Shown here: piece by piece, positions 35,148 to 47,121 of the stretch
Position numbering within the stretch: the first letter of the stretch is position 1
How the letters are laid out: every line of letters begins with the position of its first letter
Source of the DNA: Mantamonas sphyraenae STR306
Lineage: Eukaryota; Protista; CRuMs
Length of the DNA stretch: 64,000 bases
Reading direction: 5' to 3'
Assembly: GCA_026936335.1 (NCBI GenBank)
Contig: JAPMXV010000013.1
Coordinates: 1-64,000 of the forward strand
Translations under genes and position numbers: made by a program
Notes under the pieces: model-generated
Told to the model about the DNA's origin: nothing
What the model saw: the letters and a program-made list of their open reading frames with translations, nothing else
Databases searched by the model: none

Positions 35148-37877
35148 TCACGGAATGATCGGCGCCGCCAACTCGTTCACATACGGATTCTCCTCCACCT
35201 GACTCTGTCGCTGAGGCCTCCTGTCGGGTGTGTTTCGCTGCATGCCGAGCCTCTCAACCGGCGCACGTCGCTTGCGGCTGCTCCTGCGCTTGCCGAACCC
35301 ATCGTCTTCGCTCTCGCTTTCACTCTCCTCCTCGCCCTCCTCCTCGCTCTCCTCCTCACTTTCTCCATCTTCATACTCTTCACTGTCGCTGCCGCTGTCG
35401 TCGTTCTCCATGAGAGACACAGCCTGCCGGGCGCTGCGTCTCTGTCGAAGGTGAGTGGCCACGCCAAGCGGCGACGCCAGGCCCATGCGCTGCAGGGTTG
35501 CCCTCCTTTCGGCAGCCAACTGCCTGTGTCTGCGTTCCATGTGCCTGCCCAGCCAGTGTTGCCGTTCCGAAAGCGCTTGATGCAGCGCATTCTCGTCGCG
35601 GCCGCGCACATCCAGCCACAGCAGTAGCAAGTGCAGGTTGCGTTTGCCTGTCATTTCGTACCACACCGGTTCCCCGTCGTTCACCTCCGGGTCGGGCACA
35701 TCCTCCACAAACAAGGCCCCCGGTCGCCATGACAAGTTCCAGTACCTGCGTCCGCTGCGATCGCACCCAAGTGGCTCGCCTCGGATCTCCACTGAGCTCA
35801 TCTTGGTCATCACCGCGTCCAACTCACTCTGTGCCTCCTTTACCTGCGCTTCCAAGTTGTCTTCGCTCTTGTTCGCCTCGCGTGCGTCGTCGCTGCCTTC
35901 GGGTGCAGCCTCACGCCTTGCCGTGGCCGCCTGCAGGTGCTTCTTCAGCAGCGCCAGATGCTTGCGTGCCGACTTGCGCTGCAGCATCAACGATCGCTGC
36001 TTTGCAATGGCTGTGTCCAGGTTTGCACGCATGTGCTGCGTGTCAAGCACCGAATCAATAAGATACTCCAGCAGAACCAGCTTGTCCGTCAGCTCCAGGG
36101 CGTTCAAGCCGTCTTCCTCCACCGCCTTGGCCACCTCCTTCAGCTCCGACAGGTTCAGGGTTTCATCGTCGATGCCTTCCTCCACCTCGTCTCGCATCAG
36201 GCGCACCAGCAACGATTCCAGCGAGCTGGGGCGCACGTTGCGCCGTGCCAATGGGTGGTCGTCCACCAGACTGTGCAGTACAATGTGCAACAGACGCTGG
36301 TGGATGTTGCGCGTGAGTGACAGCATGTGTTCGCCTTCGTGCAGCAGGGACTCGACAAAATCGTCAAAGTCAAACGGCGACAGGCCGACCTCGGGTCCAA
36401 ACCGGTGCAGAAACGAGTAGCACATGATGATGGAGGCCACACACGATGCATCCACATCCTCCATAAAGTCTGCTTCCATCTCGGGGTAAATGGGCACCAA
36501 CTCTGTGGTTTGCAGCTCCTCGTCGTCCATCTCGGCCACGCCTTCATACACCATGCGTAGTCCAGCCTCCTTCACTGCCGCTGCCTTGACTTTGTGTGCC
36601 GGAAGTGTTCCCTTTTGCACACGCGACGCCACTTCGGCGTCAGCCAGCAGCGTGGGTTTGCGACGCCGTTTGCGCGTGTCAGCGGTGCTGATGGTCCCGT
36701 TGCTGCCGTTGCTGCCGTTGCTGCCGTTGGCCTCGCCTGACTTGGCCTCGCCCACACGGCTGCGTTTCCCTCCTGTTGGCTTTGCCTGGTGTCCAGCCTT
36801 GCGCTTGCGTGTCGCCGTCTGGATGACGTTGCGCGAGGCGCGAGCGATCTCCTTTTCCACAACCTTGCTCGCGTGCACATCATCCAGCTCATACTTGTCC
36901 ACAAACTCCGGGTGGCACACCCAAGGCGTCTTGTTTGACTTGGACGCCACGCTGCGGATGGCATCCACGACCTGGGGCCGCTTCAGGTGCGGCCTGCGAA
37001 GTGAGCCCTGTTGTCGCAGCTCCGATTCGCCTGTGTCCGTCTCCACGGTGTAAACCAGGTGGTCGCCACACGGCACCTCGTCCTCCAGGTCCTTGATCGA
37101 CAGCATGTCGCGTCGTGCTCGCACAGACGTGTCCACCTCCACCGATTTGATTGTTCCCAGCCTGGTGTGTGTGCGTGTGTGTGGGCGCGCGTGAGTGTCA
37201 GCTGCCCAGGTGTCACGTCCTGATCACTGGTTCCCGTTCGCTCGAAAACCACCACCTACACGTTGCTTGGCTTCAGCAGGACCTCCTCGCCCACCACATA
37301 TCGGTCCTCCAGATAGGAGTGCACCATCTTGGACAGTGAATCCATGGCCAGGTCACCTGTGTGATCCCCACATCGCGTGTGAGTTCCTTCCCGCCCACAA
37401 CACTTCCAACTTCCAAACACCGGACCGTTCCGCCTGCCACACGAGACGTACTATGATGCACCAGATGGCACACAGCCTCCTGCAAGCGAATGGGCACAAT
37501 TTTCCACACCTCCTCGCGAGCACGGGCCTCCACCGCCTGGGCGGCCTCAAAGTGCAACCGTGTTGTGCGGCTGCCCAAATCTGGCACCCACTGTCGCTGG
37601 CGATATGCAGACAGCACCGTCATGTAATCTCTGTGGGCACAATGATTCGGAGGCGGGAAAGCAGTGGAGGTGCACATATGTATGCACGTTGCACGAATGT
37701 GAGCGCAGGCAAAGGCGGAACTGCGCTGGTGATTTGTCTGACAGCTCGGACTTACTCGTAGTGCTGGAACGCCTCGTTGGTGAAGCGGACCACATACAAC
37801 GGCGTGTCGTCTTCAAGCTTGTCCAGGTCATCGCCTGCTCCTTGTGGGAAGAACTGGAGTTTGCCGAGAGTGGGCAT
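35148..37877 (-). CDS. ACF1/BAZ1A/Itc1-like ISWI accessory subunit (WAC-DDT-WHIM), multi-exon
   Basis: WAC-like MPTLGK...YVVRFTNEAFQHY and YRQRQW...VHHS; DDT YSFLHRFGPEVGLSPFDFDDF; WHIM PLGCDRSGRRYW and LDVRGRDENAL. Confidence 0.85.
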
Positions 37878-37913
37878 GATGAATGTGCCCCGGCCGCCGC
37901 ACAGGAACAGAGA

Positions 37914-39889
37914 ATGTCGACCTCGACGCTCAACTCGCCTACAGGGCTAGAAAAGGCTGGGGATGGCCAGCAGCTATCCGACAGCGACAACCATGTGGAG
38001 GAGGCGCAGGTGTTACAACAGGGGAACACCAGCAACAGCACCGAGGAGGTGCAGCCGACCGTCACCAAGTGGAAGCCCCGACGACAGCGCAACGAGAATC
38101 TGTCGCCGCACGACAAGCTCGTGCGGGAGCTGCAAGCGTAAGTTGTTGCCATGTGTGCTCTGCATACATTCTCAGCTGTCGATCTTCTCCTGTGCCCGTA
38201 CAGCGTGCGGTGCACGTCGTTTGGGGCCTGCGCTTCTCGGAAATCTCTAGATGCGACTGCCCTTGGCCCAACCGAGCGCCACCACAGCCACTTGGCCACT
38301 CGATACTGGCACGTACGCATGCAACACGTAGCTTACACGCACGGGCGCCATTGCACAGGCTTCTGAACAAGCTGACGGTGGAGAATTTCGAGGTGGTCAG
38401 CGAGAAAATTCTGGACCAGCGCGCTGATATCAACACGCCGGAGCTCTTCAACGATTTTATTGACCTGATCTTTGACAAGGCTGTGGACGAGCCCAAGTAC
38501 CTGACTGTGTATGCGGAGCTGATGCAGAAGCTGGCAGACAATGTCGAGGTGGACACCGACGACGGTGTGCTGGTGAGTATTCAATTTTGTGGCGGGGCCT
38601 TTTGTGGGGTCGCGTTTGCAGCCTGCTGCAGCCTGGCACACACGCGCGCAGACCCAAGGACAGGTGCCACACAGGAAATTGCACACGTGCGAATACAGTG
38701 GGACGCCGTGCTGACACGCCGTATGCACACACAGAGCTTCAAGAAGCACCTGAAGAGCAAGTGTGGCGCCGACTTTGGCCAATGGGTGGCCTTGGACGCG
38801 GAACAGAATCAACTGCTGACAGTGAAACAGCGGCGACGAATGTTGGGCATGATGCGGCTCATTGGGGAGCTGTACCATCGCAAGTTCTTTAAAATCGACC
38901 GCATTCTGGCGTGTGTGGATGCGTTGTTGCCCTCGCCACAGGTCCTAGAGGAGTACAATGAGGAGCATGTGGAGTGTATGACCACGTTGTTGACCAGTGT
39001 TGGGTCCCAGCTGGACAACGAGGCGTACCGGGACAAGTGCGACCAGTACTTTGGGGTGGTGCTGCAACTGAGCAAGGACACGCGCCTGAGCCTGCGTTTG
39101 CGTTTCCAACTCATGGATCTGCTGGACCTGCGCAACGCCAATTGGGTGCCCCGGCACGAGGAGGACACACCACGCAGCAAGGAGAGCATCCGCAAGGAGG
39201 CACAGATTGAGGAGTTGGCCAGCAAGGCCAACGCAGAGGAATTCGAACGGCGCAACGCAGGCGTGGCGGCAGAGAACAACAGGCAGAAAAAGGACAGCAG
39301 TGTCAACTTGGGTGCCTTTAAAGTGTACACAGATGGCAAACATAGCCCGTCGTCGACCGGTGGGGCCGGGCACGGCCAGTCGGACAATGCCAGCCCTAGC
39401 CATTCGGGCAGCAAGAGCCCAAGCAGCACGGTGTCCAGCACAAGCACAAGCACAAGCACAAACTCAAACGCAACAAGCAAGGCGACATCATCATCAGCAT
39501 CATCATCCTCAACAACAACTGCCGCGAGCACAGCAGGCGACACAAACACAACTTCCTCCAACGCCGGCAGTGCGTCGACGTTGGACAGTAGCGATGACAG
39601 CGACAGTGACGACGACTTTGGCATGGGAAGCACAGCCTCGTTTGCCTGGGGGGCCAAGGGAGCAGCCGGAGGAGGCACCAAAGGCCCAGGAAGCAGTGGA
39701 GGAGGGAAAAAGGGAGGCAGTGGCGGTGCGGGAGGAGGTGGCAAAAAGTCGAGCAGCGGCGGTGGTGGGAGCGGAGGCGGAGGAGGAGGACGTGGCGGAC
39801 GCACAGGACGAGGAGGACGAGGTGGAAGGGGAGGGCGTGGAGGAGGTCGCAGGGGACGGGGAGGGGGTGGAGGAGCAGGGCAAAGGTGA
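37914..39889 (+). CDS. MIF4G-domain (short eIF4G-like) protein with an RGG tail; introns ~38138-38358 and 38573-38734
   Basis: LLNKLTVENFE, IFDKAVDEP, LGMMRLIGELY, RLRFQLMDLLDLRNANW; Gly/Arg-rich C-terminus. Confidence 0.88.
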
Positions 39890-39915
39890 AGAAAAATGGA
39901 TTGATCTGATCACGT

Positions 39916-40917
39916 TCATGATGATGACGATGATGATGACGATGACGATGACGATGACGATGCATCGGCACGTCCATACGCAACCATGAGCGGTTTGTCA
40001 CCGAGGCAAACGGCATGGGTGGCGTTGAGGGCGTGTTGGGCAGTGTGTGCATCGGCGAGGGTGACAAATGCTTGACCACGCATCCTTCCCTTTGTCATCA
40101 ACCTAATGTCCTCTGAAGTGGCCCCGTAGCGAGCATACAACCACAGAAGATCCTGGGTGGTCACCGTCTTGGCCAGATTCTTCAGGTACAGTACGCGGGA
40201 CGGGTCGCCGGCCTTGTGCTTGGGAAACAATTCCCTCCATTGGCTTTCATCCATACGAAGTGCTTGCAGTTCGTCCTCTGTGGCCATGACAATGTCCACA
40301 CGTTGTCGCTTGGCTGCTGGCAGCTTCTGGGACGTTGTGTCTGCATCGTCTCTCAGGCCTTCGTCTTCCTCCACACGCTTGCGCTTGCCATGTGCGTGCT
40401 TGTCCGTGTCCAGGTGTTCCTTCAGCAGGGTGGACACCTCGACAAAGGTGAGCGGTGTTGCCAGGGGCTGGGCAGAGTCGGGCTCAAACGGCGCCGGCAG
40501 GTTCATGCGGTTCATCAGGTGCAGCACCTGCGTGTAGAAGGAGGGCACACTTAACATGCACTGTGTGATGCGCTGCAGCGTAGCCATTGTGGCTGCCGGG
40601 TAGCGATAGGCTGACACGCGTCGTTTGTGCACGGCTCGACCACCTTCTGCTTTGACACGCACGCGTTCGCAACGCAGACGTCTGTCGAGACCTTGTGTGC
40701 CATGCAGCGCAGCCACGGCTGCTTCTGCGTCCTCCTGTGCCTCAAAGCTCAGCAGTGCATTGCCACGCATGGCACTGAAGCGCGAAAACAACCTGATCTT
40801 GGTTGGTTGGCAGCTTGCCGATAGCTTCTCCTTCAGGAACGCCTCCAGCTCGTCCTTCTGCACGGCCTCGGGCAGGTTACGCAGAAAGACGGCACAACCA
40901 GGGTCCAATGGCTCCAT
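39916..40917 (-). CDS. RNPC3: U11/U12 snRNP 65K protein (two RRMs)
   Basis: YRYP...PSFYTQVLHLMNRMNLPAPF and GDPSRVLYLKNLAK...RLMTKGRMRGQAFV. Confidence 0.88.
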   Translation of the reverse strand: MEPLDPGCAVFLRNLPEAVQKDELEAFLKEKLSASCQPTKIRLFSRFSAMRGNALLSFEAQEDAEAAVAALHGTQGLDRRLRCERVRVKAEGGRAVHKRRVSAYRYPAATMATLQRITQCMLSVPSFYTQVLHLMNRMNLPAPFEPDSAQPLATPLTFVEVSTLLKEHLDTDKHAHGKRKRVEEDEGLRDDADTTSQKLPAAKRQRVDIVMATEDELQALRMDESQWRELFPKHKAGDPSRVLYLKNLAKTVTTQDLLWLYARYGATSEDIRLMTKGRMRGQAFVTLADAHTAQHALNATHAVCLGDKPLMVAYGRADASSSSSSSSSSSSSS

Positions 40918-40972
40918 GGGGTTGGGTGAGTGTGCGCAGGCGGAGGCACCGAGAGCACACACGGACGCAACG

Positions 40973-42254
40973 ATGAGCAGTGCAGGCAACGATCCCATGG
41001 CCATGATGGCGCAAGGCAAGCGGGAGCTGTCTGCAGCCATGCGCAAAAAGACAAAGGCAGCACGTGACGAGGCCATGGAAACGGCCATCGATATGCTTGG
41101 CCAGGCATTGCAGTGTGGTGTTGAGAAGCATGGCGAACAGAGCACTGCCAACGCACCGCTGTTTTTCGAGTATGGCAACGCCCTGCTGCTCAAGGTCGAG
41201 TTGGACGATTCGCTGCTTGCTGCTGGGGGCGCTGGGGACGATGATGCAGCAGAGGACGATGCCGAAGACGAGATGACGACCACCACGACAAGCACCACGT
41301 CCACCACGTCCACCACCACCACCACCACCACCACCACCACCACCACCTCATCCTTTGAGCAGGACGAGGAGGGTGGCGAGGAGGACGACGGACAAGGAGA
41401 GGAAGGGGACGACATGCTGGCGTGGGAGATGCTGGAGATGGCGCGTGTGTTGTACGGAGCGTCCACGGACGAGGCTGATCAGAAGGAGCTTGCGCGCGTG
41501 CTCGAGCGTTTGGGCGACCTGGGCGTCGAATCAGGTGAGTTTGCACACACGTGGATGCATGCAAAGCACGGAAACTGACACGTCGATGCCATTGCACCTC
41601 TTCCACACAGGCATGGTTGACCAGGCCGTGCAGGACTACAGCCAAGCACTGGAATTGCGCCAAAAATTGTTTTCTGTGCACCACCCCAGCGTGTCGGCCT
41701 GCCACTATTCCATCGGCCTTGCACTGCAGACAGCAAAGGAGTACGTACGTGCAGAACAGGCGTTCAAGGACGCCGTCACTGCAATGCGTGCACACATCGA
41801 GCACCTGCAGGCAAACAATGGCGACGACAAGGAGATTGCCGAGGCCCAGGCAAACCTTACCGATCTGCAGGCCAAGCTGGCAGAAGCCACAGAGACTGCC
41901 CAGAGTGCAGATGAGGTCAAGCAAGCTGCCCAGGAAGCTGTTCAGGCTGCACAGGCCATGGCCAAGGGCAACGCTGCTGGGACAACCACAACAACCACGA
42001 CCACAACCTCCTCCTCAGCCTTTGACGCTCCCACCATGTCCACCACGGGAGCCAATGCTGTTGTTGGTGTCAAGCGCAAGGAAACAAAGACCAGCCGTGT
42101 CTCTGCAGACGACGAAGAAGACGGCGAGAAGCTCGCAAAGCACTTTGAAAGCAGCAGCACAACCACAACCACAACCACCACTGTGGTGCCCAAGAAGCGC
42201 AAGACGGATGCGGATCAGCCCCAAGGTGCAACCAGCAGCTCCACAGGCGATTGA
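40973..42254 (+). CDS. NASP: NASP/Hif1/Sim3 histone chaperone (SHNi-TPR); intron 41535-41610
   Basis: FFEYGNALL, acidic insert, LAWEMLEMARVLY, RLGDLGVES|GMVDQAVQDYSQALELR. Confidence 0.88.
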
Positions 42255-42358
42255 CGTGTGTGCAGTGCACAGGCAACACGGCAAAACTTCTCCCCTCTCT
42301 TCATCGATCTTCTTGTGTGCCATTCAACCACCTCTTCACTCTTCATTATGTCTCATTC

Positions 42359-42853
42359 TCACGTTGCCGCGTCCACACTCTTGCGCAGAAACTCCTCGAT
42401 GTGTTCCGTCTTCCAGGTGCTGATGGCGACCGTGCGCTTGACCTGGCCGTCTCCATCCAACATCCTCAGCGTTGGGAGAATGCCCTGCACCTGTGTCGAC
42501 GTGACCCCCTTCATTCCGTGGATCTTCTTGTCCAGAAACTCCTTCACAGTGGGGAAGTTGGCAATGTTGCAGTTGCAAAATTCCAAGCGCGCTCCTACAA
42601 ATGTCTGCGCCTGTTCACGCACCGTGTCCGCGTGGCAGCACATCATGCACTCTGCGTACAGCTCCGAGTCCTTCACAGCCTCGCGCAGCTGTTCGCAGCG
42701 CTCACACAGAAGGAACGCACCAAACCCTTTGCTGGCACATTCCGCCGCCTGCGCCTGCGAGCGCAGCGCCTGGGCTCCACTCACTGCTAGCAGCAGCACA
42801 GTCACAGCCAACCATACGAACGACACCAATGTATATGCACGCTGTTGGACCAT
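42359..42853 (-). CDS. Sep15/SELENOF-family thioredoxin-like ER protein, Cys form
   Basis: Signal peptide, CASKGF..LLCERC..ECMMCC, ARLEFCNCNIANFPTVKEF, ISTWKTEHIEEFL. Confidence 0.85.
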   Translation of the reverse strand: MVQQRAYTLVSFVWLAVTVLLLAVSGAQALRSQAQAAECASKGFGAFLLCERCEQLREAVKDSELYAECMMCCHADTVREQAQTFVGARLEFCNCNIANFPTVKEFLDKKIHGMKGVTSTQVQGILPTLRMLDGDGQVKRTVAISTWKTEHIEEFLRKSVDAAT

Positions 42854-42906
42854 TTTCCACAATGCAGAACAGTTTTTTGTTTCCGGCGACCCCGCACGCT
42901 CGAGGA

Positions 42907-45900
42907 TCACGTCACCACTCGCATGATGCTCACAATAGGCTTCTCGATCAGCTGCTTGGCCGGTCCAAACGCACTCACGACAGCAAAGATCATACTGAGG
43001 ACGACGACAAGTCCCATGAGCTCCCAGGGAAACTCAAAGGCAATGGGCAGCTGAGTAAACAGCTGACGCTGCAGCGTCATGGTCCAGCCCACCAGAGTCC
43101 CGATCACCATGCCCAACAAGGAGGAGGAAAACACAAGCACGTATGCCTCGTAGATGTACAGTCGCACAATCCACCACTTGCCCACGCCCAAAGCACGCAT
43201 GACCCCGATCTCCTTGCTTTGCTCAAAGATGTTGGTGTACATCGATGCCATGAGGGAGAAGAAGCACACCGTCATGGCCACCACCGTTGTGAACCCAAAG
43301 AATGCGTTCAGAATCAGCCGTGCTGTTTCCAACGGACGCACACTTTCGCGATAATCCCACAGCCTCACAAAGCCCTTGACAGTGACGCCCTTGAGGTTGC
43401 TGATCAGAGCGTCCCTCTGTGCATCGCCCAGGCTTGGGTCGATCTGCACATACAGTAGCCGAAGCGGCACAGAGTCCATCGAATCCAGCAGGCCTTTGGA
43501 AAGGCGAAACCAGGTCGGGATGCTCACCAGCACATCCTGGCGCGCTCGCGAAGGAAACGCAGAGAAGCGATGCGCAGGCGCAGCGTCCAGAAATGCGTCT
43601 GCGTGCACGCGTGTGTAGTTGATGACAGGCAGCAGCGGAGACTGCTGGGTCAGCTGCGAGCGCAACAGCAGGTGTGAATTCATGCTCAGGCCCAGCCGCT
43701 CCTTGTACAGCGTGCCAATCATGCCTCCCGACGATCCGTTCACTGTGTACAATTGCTCCTCGATGTCAAATTTGCTGCTTGTGTCCTCCTCGTTGACCAC
43801 CAGGAAGCCCGGGATGGTCACGTTGAACATATGCGGCGAGATGCCGTAGTACGTGGCCACATCCGAGTATGACTTGCCCAGGTTTGTGTTTTGTGTCGTG
43901 TCCATGCTTGGTAGCGAGCTGAGCGGCCAGGTTTCCCACGCCCAGCCCTTGACGTTCTTGTCGGCCTTGAGCACCTCTTCGTACAATGTGGGTGTCGGCA
44001 GCGTGTTGGGCAGGCCTTGGGCATCCCTACCGCGTGCCTCCACGCGCAAGTACACGCCTCGGCTTTGTTGGCGGTCGTATGTGATGCTGGTGATGCTCGT
44101 GTTGAACGCCACGGCAATGAAGATAATGAAGCCCAGTGCGAGCGCGTACATGATTGTGGTCTTGCGGTTGCGCGAGCGGTGTGCAATCAAGTTCTTGACC
44201 ACCACGCTCTGCACGGCCGGCGCCTCCCAAAAGAAGAAGATGCGCGTGACGAGGCGCTCCAGCAGATGCTGCAGGTTCAACGACAGCATGACGAGACCCA
44301 GCAGCATGCCCAGGATGAGCACAAAGAAGATGTTGAGCAGAAGGCCCAGGTCGAAGCTCAACAGCGCCAGAGGGAACATGTAGTAGATGAAGAAGCCAAA
44401 GGCAGAGAGGAGCAGGCCGATGCCAATCACGCTGAAATCCAGACGCGACGAGGCGCTGCGTTCGATGTTGTACTTGACGCCCGACGTTTTGGAACGCTTG
44501 ACGTCCAGGGCATCGTGGAGATTGAGCCCCAGGGCGTTGCGGATGGGCAGGATGGAGGCTGCGATGGGGATGAGCACGCCAAGCAGGGTTGCGTTGAGGA
44601 CGGCGCTGGCACTGAGCCAGGGCGACACTTCGACACCCGTGGCGGTGCGAAAGGCATCTGCAATTGCAAAAGCACCCGCTTGTGCGGCCACAAGACCCAG
44701 GGCGTATGCGGGCAGACTGTACGAAAAGGCCTGGACCATGAGGAGCTCGACGACACCGCGGCGAGTCATTCCCACCATGCGCATGACGCCCATTTCAAAG
44801 GTGCGTGTTTCGACGCTGATCATCAGCAGGGAGTAGATGAGGATGATGGAGAGGGCGGTGAGAATGGTGACGATAATGTTGAGCAGGAGGCCAAGAAAGA
44901 GGTTGAAGAACTGGGTGCCTGCCAGACCGGACAGCAGCGGCATGCTTGGGTTCAGCTGGTTGTAACCCAGCTGGTACAGAATGAGAGAGCCAAACTTGAC
45001 GAGTCTGCCCTGGATCACGTCAAAGTTGGGCTCCAGGTACTCCTCGAGACGGTTGGGCAGGTTGAAGTAGACATCCTGTGCAAACTCGGCGGTGCTGTGC
45101 TGCTTGAGGATGCGGTAAAAGTCTGGGTGGAACACTTGGTCGTTGACATACCCTGCCATCCATGGCAGCCACGAGTCAAAGTCGGCAATGATGGCATCGG
45201 TGGTGCTGGTGCCAAACTTGCCGTAGGGGAAGTCAAAGAGCTTGACCACCTTGAGGGGCACCCACACTGTGTCTGTGTGCAGCCGCAGCGCAGCAGTGGT
45301 CAGATTCACCTGTGGGCTGTACCCGGCCAGTTCAAACAAAGGACGGAAGCGTGCGTATCCGTTGACCTGCAGCAGGATGATGTCGCCCACCTGTACGCCT
45401 GCACCGCGTGCCACACGTTCGTGCATGTATGCTTCGCCCGTTTTCAGATTCGTGTTGTACGGCCAGCTGCGGCCAAACTTGATCTTTGCTTCGCGCTCCA
45501 GATCCATCAAGAACAGCGTGCCTTCCACAGGCGAAGCTCCCAGAGCACCCAGCTTCTCGGCCACGCAACTGCAAGTGAGAGGAGGCACAGGTGGAGTTGT
45601 AGGGTGGGTTGTGTGTGAGTGGAAACGGAAACGGGGAGGTGGGAATGAGGTTGGCTGGGCAAAACGCACTTTGCGGTGAACGAGTTTGGGGTCCTGGCAC
45701 ACGCATCTGAGGTTGCATCGCCATACATCCACGTCTGGTTGTATGGATCGACATTGAGGTTGGCAGGCAGCTTGTAGAAGGGCAGCTGGAACTCATGGCG
45801 TGGAGTGTGGAGCTGAAACTCTGGATTGTCTATGGCCGCGAGCTCGGTTGCCACACGTGTGTAGTTGACAAGCGTATTGCCGGTCCTGGAGGCACCATGT

Positions 45901-46474
45901 GGAGTGTGCACAATGGCGTGAGTGGACATGTGTGGGCAATGGGCAGTGGCCAAGGCGTGGGGCACTCACCATGTGCCGGCGCTGACTTTGAGGTCGTTTT
46001 CACCGGCGTCCGCTTCGGCCAGCGAAAGAAACACCACGGGCGCCTGGTACAGGGCAGTCACGGTCAGAGAGACGACGGCAACGACAATGAAACAGGACAT
46101 GGCGCCTGTAGGGAAGGATGGAGAAGAGGCACAGGCACACGTGTCAGTCCAGGGGCCACTTTCACACGGGGGAGGTTGGGAGCAGCCAAGCCGGAAAGGG
46201 GCCGATCGAGGCGGCACACAGGCAGGCACAAGGAGACAGGGTCGTCCCGTCACAACGCACCCAGGCAAAAGTTGAGCTTGCGTTGCATGATTTCGTTGAA
46301 AGTGTGTCTCAAGTACAGGGCCCATCGCTCCCGCCGAGCCTTGGGCAAGACGGGCTTGTCCTTGCCCGACGGCAGCGAGCTGATCGGCACGTGTTGGTGC
46401 TGCACATTGTGCTCCCGATGCACCGACTGCACACTTAGGTCACGCGACCGCTCGCTCTTTCCACTGTCACCCAT
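42907..46474 (-). CDS. FtsX/MacB-like ABC permease-family membrane protein (two permease modules), multi-exon
   Basis: Two permease motifs (ETRTFEMGVMRMVG, EQSKEIGVMRALG), many TM helices; 5' exons in ORFs 46250-46609, 45966-46325 and 45507-45965. Confidence 0.85.
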
Positions 46475-46676
46475 GGACCAAGAGAGAGAGGGATAGGACC
46501 GCGTTGCACCCACCCGCGATGACGAAGAAATCCGCCCATTGTACATCGATGATCCATCTATCCTTCCCTCTGCACTTGCCCACGTCCTCAAATGTCCTCC
46601 CGGTGCCACAGCATCTGCGCTACCAACTCAAGTTGATGTCCAGTCTCGAACCAACACGAATGGTGGCCATTTCCAG

Positions 46677-46983
46677 CCGGGTAGCGCTTACTCAGAACGT
46701 GAACACAAGAGAATTGCGGCCGCGTATATCAACAACCCTGCGATGACCATGGACGACGTCGCTGAGCAGATGCAGGCCGCACAGTCCTCGGTCAGCAAGT
46801 TTGTGAAGTTGAGCCGCACTGGGAATCTCGCACCCAAACATTGCGGTGGTGCACGCGTACCCCGCAAAATCACACCGCACCACGAACGTCGCGTTCAACA
46901 ATGGATATAACAAGATCCGCTGCTGAGTCTGGATCAGATTCGTGGCCTACTGCATGCAGAAGGCGTGGACGTGTCGCACAAGG
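46677..46983 (+). pseudogene. Tc1/IS630-type transposase N-terminal HTH module, interrupted by an in-frame TAA (46908-46910); no DDE domain
   Basis: GSAYSEREHKRIAAAY...DDVAEQMQAAQSSVSKFVK..RTGNLAPK..GG..PRKIT...WI*QDPLLSLDQIRGLLHAEGVDVS, followed by a GTGAG donor at 46984. Confidence 0.75.
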
Positions 46984-47121
46984 GTGAGCTGTACCTGGAA
47001 CGGTCGTCAGGGACACACACAATGAACACATAACCCTGACCCTCTGTTTTCGTTTCGCACATGCCGCACACCTCAAAAGGTGGAGGGCCCACCTGCCCAA
47101 CGGGAACCAACGAAATCACCC

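Noticed and set aside
39915-41350. Trinucleotide runs (GAT/GAC at 39917-39963, ACC at 41307-41347) as regulatory repeats
   Set aside because: They encode ordinary poly-Ser and poly-Thr low-complexity tracts that are common throughout this proteome
46908-46910. In-frame TAA as evidence of a non-standard genetic code
   Set aside because: TAA terminates conserved genes at the expected place (flavohemoglobin 5397-5399, ATP-grasp 13750) and no other internal TAA/TAG is needed, so a nonsense mutation is simpler
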